From positions 1 to 38,043 of the forward strand of contig CALMGJ010000018.1 of NCBI GenBank assembly GCA_937863565.1: a stretch of DNA of 38,043 nt. Reading direction: 5' to 3'. Shown piece by piece: positions 36,801 through 38,043 of this stretch. Source of the stretch: an uncultured bacterium. GTDB taxonomy: Bacteria; AUK180. Within the stretch, counting starts at the first letter, position 1. Each line of letters begins with the position of its first letter. The position numbers and the translations under genes were made by a program. Below the pieces are notes generated by a model that saw nothing but the letters and a program-made list of their open reading frames with translations, was not told the origin of the DNA and ran no database searches.

Positions 36801-38008
36801 TCGGAGGCAAAAGCCGGATCGCCGGCGCCTGCGGGCGTTTCATATCTGCATATCTCGGTTTCATCGCTTCCGTCCCAGTCAATGATCCTGACTATGATCT
36901 CATCTTTGCCGAGAATGCTGAAATCAGAAGGAACGATATTCGCTTTCAGATAATAAGCGATCTTCGAATTGTCCGGGGTAAATGCCGTCAGTACAAAATC
37001 GTATATTTCCCATTCCGTCTGCGGGATATCCAGCAGGACATACGGGTTGGAAGTCTGGGAAGCATCGATCTTCCCGTCGGCAGTAATATGCGCAAACATG
37101 AATTTTCCCTCGGTAATATAAACGATGGATCTCCCGTCGTTTGAAAGGATATGTCCGTATCCTTCGGCTATCCGCCTATATTCCCCGCTTTCATCGCTGA
37201 CGAACAGTGCTGAAGGTTGAGTATCCGTTCGGGCGGAGAAAATGATGTATTTTCCCGTATCGTTTTCAAGCCAGACGGGATTTTCTACAGAAGAGAACAC
37301 ACCCGGCAGGATGATCGCATTTTTAATTCCCGCTTCATCAAGGATCACCATTCCTTCCGTACCGGAATAGTATACCACCTTTTCCGCTGTCCGGTTCCAG
37401 GAAAACTGGTTTTCATGAACATCTTCCGCGGTATCGTAAACGGTTCCCCCCTGATCGATGAAGAACAGGTGATCGTTCCTGATATATCCGACCCAGCCGT
37501 ACATGGGAGACGGTTGAGGATCGCTCGTGAAATAACGGTACTGGTTCGCAGGAATCCTTATCGTGCATATTCTGCCGGGATCGCAGTCGTAATTGAACTG
37601 TTTGTCCAGCAGGATTTCCCTGTAAGTTCCGTCGGATTGAACTTTCCATATCTGCGAATCTCGGGCGATCTCGCAGAAGGCAGGCATAAAGATATTCCCC
37701 GATCCGCCGGAGCAATCGAGCGGAGCCCTCAGATATACGATATTCGAGCGGTCCCAGAACCAGATCGGACTGTAATTGAACTGAGTGTTCTCGGTGATCT
37801 TTATTTCGCCGACGATGCTGAGGCTGTAATCGGCGTAATCCAATTTGAATGTCAGGCTTTTGGATACTTCATTTCCAAATCCGTCCGATACCGTGAATCT
37901 GAATTCGTATTCTCCGTTGGAACGGATATTCCCTTCATCGTCGTAACCGTCCCAGACAATACTTGAAGGATAATCGTTCTGTCCTTCCTCGCTTCGGAGA
38001 CGGTATAA
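33833..38008 (-). CDS. Large modular exported protein (FlgD-Ig, TolB-like propeller, ZU5-like, 4 Ig-like repeats, beta-helix, T9SS-type-A-like CTD); 5' end interrupted
   Basis: Frame is open from 38008, upstream of the TTG called at 37843; WDG FlgD motifs, D.TPP repeats, G-rich beta-helix, C-terminal PNP...SGVYIVVV..K..LVR. Confidence 0.8.
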   Translation of the reverse strand, partial: LYRLRSEEGQNDYPSSIVWDGYDDEGNIRSNGEYEFRFTVSDGFGNEVSKSLTFKLDYADYSLSIVGEIKITENTQFNYSPIWFWDRSNIVYLRAPLDCSGGSGNIFMPAFCEIARDSQIWKVQSDGTYREILLDKQFNYDCDPGRICTIRIPANQYRYFTSDPQPSPMYGWVGYIRNDHLFFIDQGGTVYDTAEDVHENQFSWNRTAEKVVYYSGTEGMVILDEAGIKNAIILPGVFSSVENPVWLENDTGKYIIFSARTDTQPSALFVSDESGEYRRIAEGYGHILSNDGRSIVYITEGKFMFAHITADGKIDASQTSNPYVLLDIPQTEWEIYDFVLTAFTPDNSKIAYYLKANIVPSDFSILGKDEIIVRIIDWDGSDETEICRYETPAGAGDPAFASDFTALAYVPFGMTSSDIWVKYFSRANQCGYTPGNLPGTIVSDDDSLEVTVPRESMYNDLDTMIITAFDTDQNALFDTTYIEPVLSSAYDVGLLSGLDAFRNNGIELLFKYNDAQIAGLNEEDLNVFTFDFQTGRWRYAQSDSGLVERNPEKNTVAIRTDHLSLYILAAVPFPENAPEITMCDLFPGIISPDNNGNYDTAAISVKVSQNAAVAMNIFTAAEENILYRSINTFADEESTVIWDGRDKWAQTMADGIFRINLKAMNLLGIWSAELEKIVKIDLTPPVSGITFGIPFFNNGQMNFIGGNSAVEIFSDDPVVSSVSSGIAGISYSLNGQKTDYSGPFVMTEEGIYELYYGGSDNAGNIEVQKKAVFVLDRTPPVSNTLMAGAHHEEYISSCTEIMLSATDGGEFPSGIKNIRYALSGGDTPLWTDYTAPFKVSGADGSYLLEYFSTDNVENREDTNDRTIKLDNTGPATNLDFSAASVFQTEDKFYVSSRSELRLEAIDPENNGVSSGIKTILVSRDGGVFAESVPFNLEEGIHEIRYYALDKVLNREDTNSRVLYVDATPPITEITLSGGCYDAFGKDFISQNTRIVLNADDPENLGVSSGVQKILWTADGIWKEYTEPFSLPFGTHDVRFYSVDNVGNESDVRERELFVAMPGYACFGMNGILLQGNGKIYGDAGSNESIILEGNSLIDGNAETCKEIKIGNHCSVTGEIRMCTAPLMTELLSLDEIERYVSENNDNGNLTLTEGKLVIEEENISIPAGVYYLTGIEISGTANVEFDCGIEIFCKGNMYISGQANINTAGEAGDLLMLFSPGESEERSLLIEGNGKLNSIIYAPDFPVDIGGNGITLGNVLGGDVLIDGLGTVIGAEYERETAAAKSLLSDLRKTADDLDISKIQIVPNPCRNGCINQNINITLSTPAEISVKIFSISGENIYKHTVNGTAGCNTVEWTCISDAGEAVSSGVYIVVVEANGKRKILKTALVR
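34835..35968 (-). repeat. Four tandem ~95-aa Ig-like repeats
   Basis: DLTPPVS (35968), DRTPPVS (35683), DNTGPAT (35401), DATPPIT (35116), spaced 285/282/285 nt; each has SG(I/V)..I and Y...D...N.E. Confidence 0.8.
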
Positions 38009-38043
38009 TTACGTTTTTCATCAAGAGCACCGCCCATACGGTT

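Noticed and set aside
37852..38037. 61-aa ORF as an independent gene
   Set aside because: Mostly out-of-frame overlap with the FlgD-like coding frame of the large protein; at most its first part belongs to the frameshifted gene.
1..38043. Alternative genetic code (TGA recoding)
   Set aside because: TGA ends genes at expected positions, including several ATGA overlaps, and conserved genes have no internal TGA.

Overview
Chromosomal core region of a diderm bacterium. KdsD, TonB/Exb and beta-barrel proteins are present, and the divergent housekeeping sequences suggest a poorly sampled lineage; taxonomy cannot be fixed from sequence alone. Most genes are on the minus strand. From the left: the str operon (rpsL-rpsG-fusA-tuf start); a TonB-dependent receptor-exbB-exbD-exbD-tonB-EIIA-tonB cluster; a ~12 kb tightly packed run rpmE-prfA-prmC-murA-ispE-(tRNA-Gln)-glmU(N-terminal domain only)-prs-rplY-pth-rpsF-ssb-rpsR-rplI-dnaB-mutL. 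The right part is more accessory: a putative barrel plus EEP hydrolase, a TPR fragment, an NSS transporter, a lipoprotein, pgpA, a DUF4097-like protein, kdsD, two stand-alone TPR paralogs, a putative outer-membrane protein and a large modular exported protein with a T9SS-like C-terminal domain. No CRISPR array, rRNA or mobile element was seen. Most notable: (1) a complete tRNA-Gln lies inside the open ispE reading frame, whose stop overlaps the SD-less glmU start; (2) the str-operon EF-G lacks the domain IV translocation loops; (3) an uncharacterised barrel gene has a sigma54 promoter, tandem enhancer-like sites and its own terminator; (4) several accessory genes appear leaderless; (5) the large exported protein has an HLS autoproteolysis-like motif and an apparent 5' frameshift. 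I found no unambiguous new multi-gene system; these are candidates to test.
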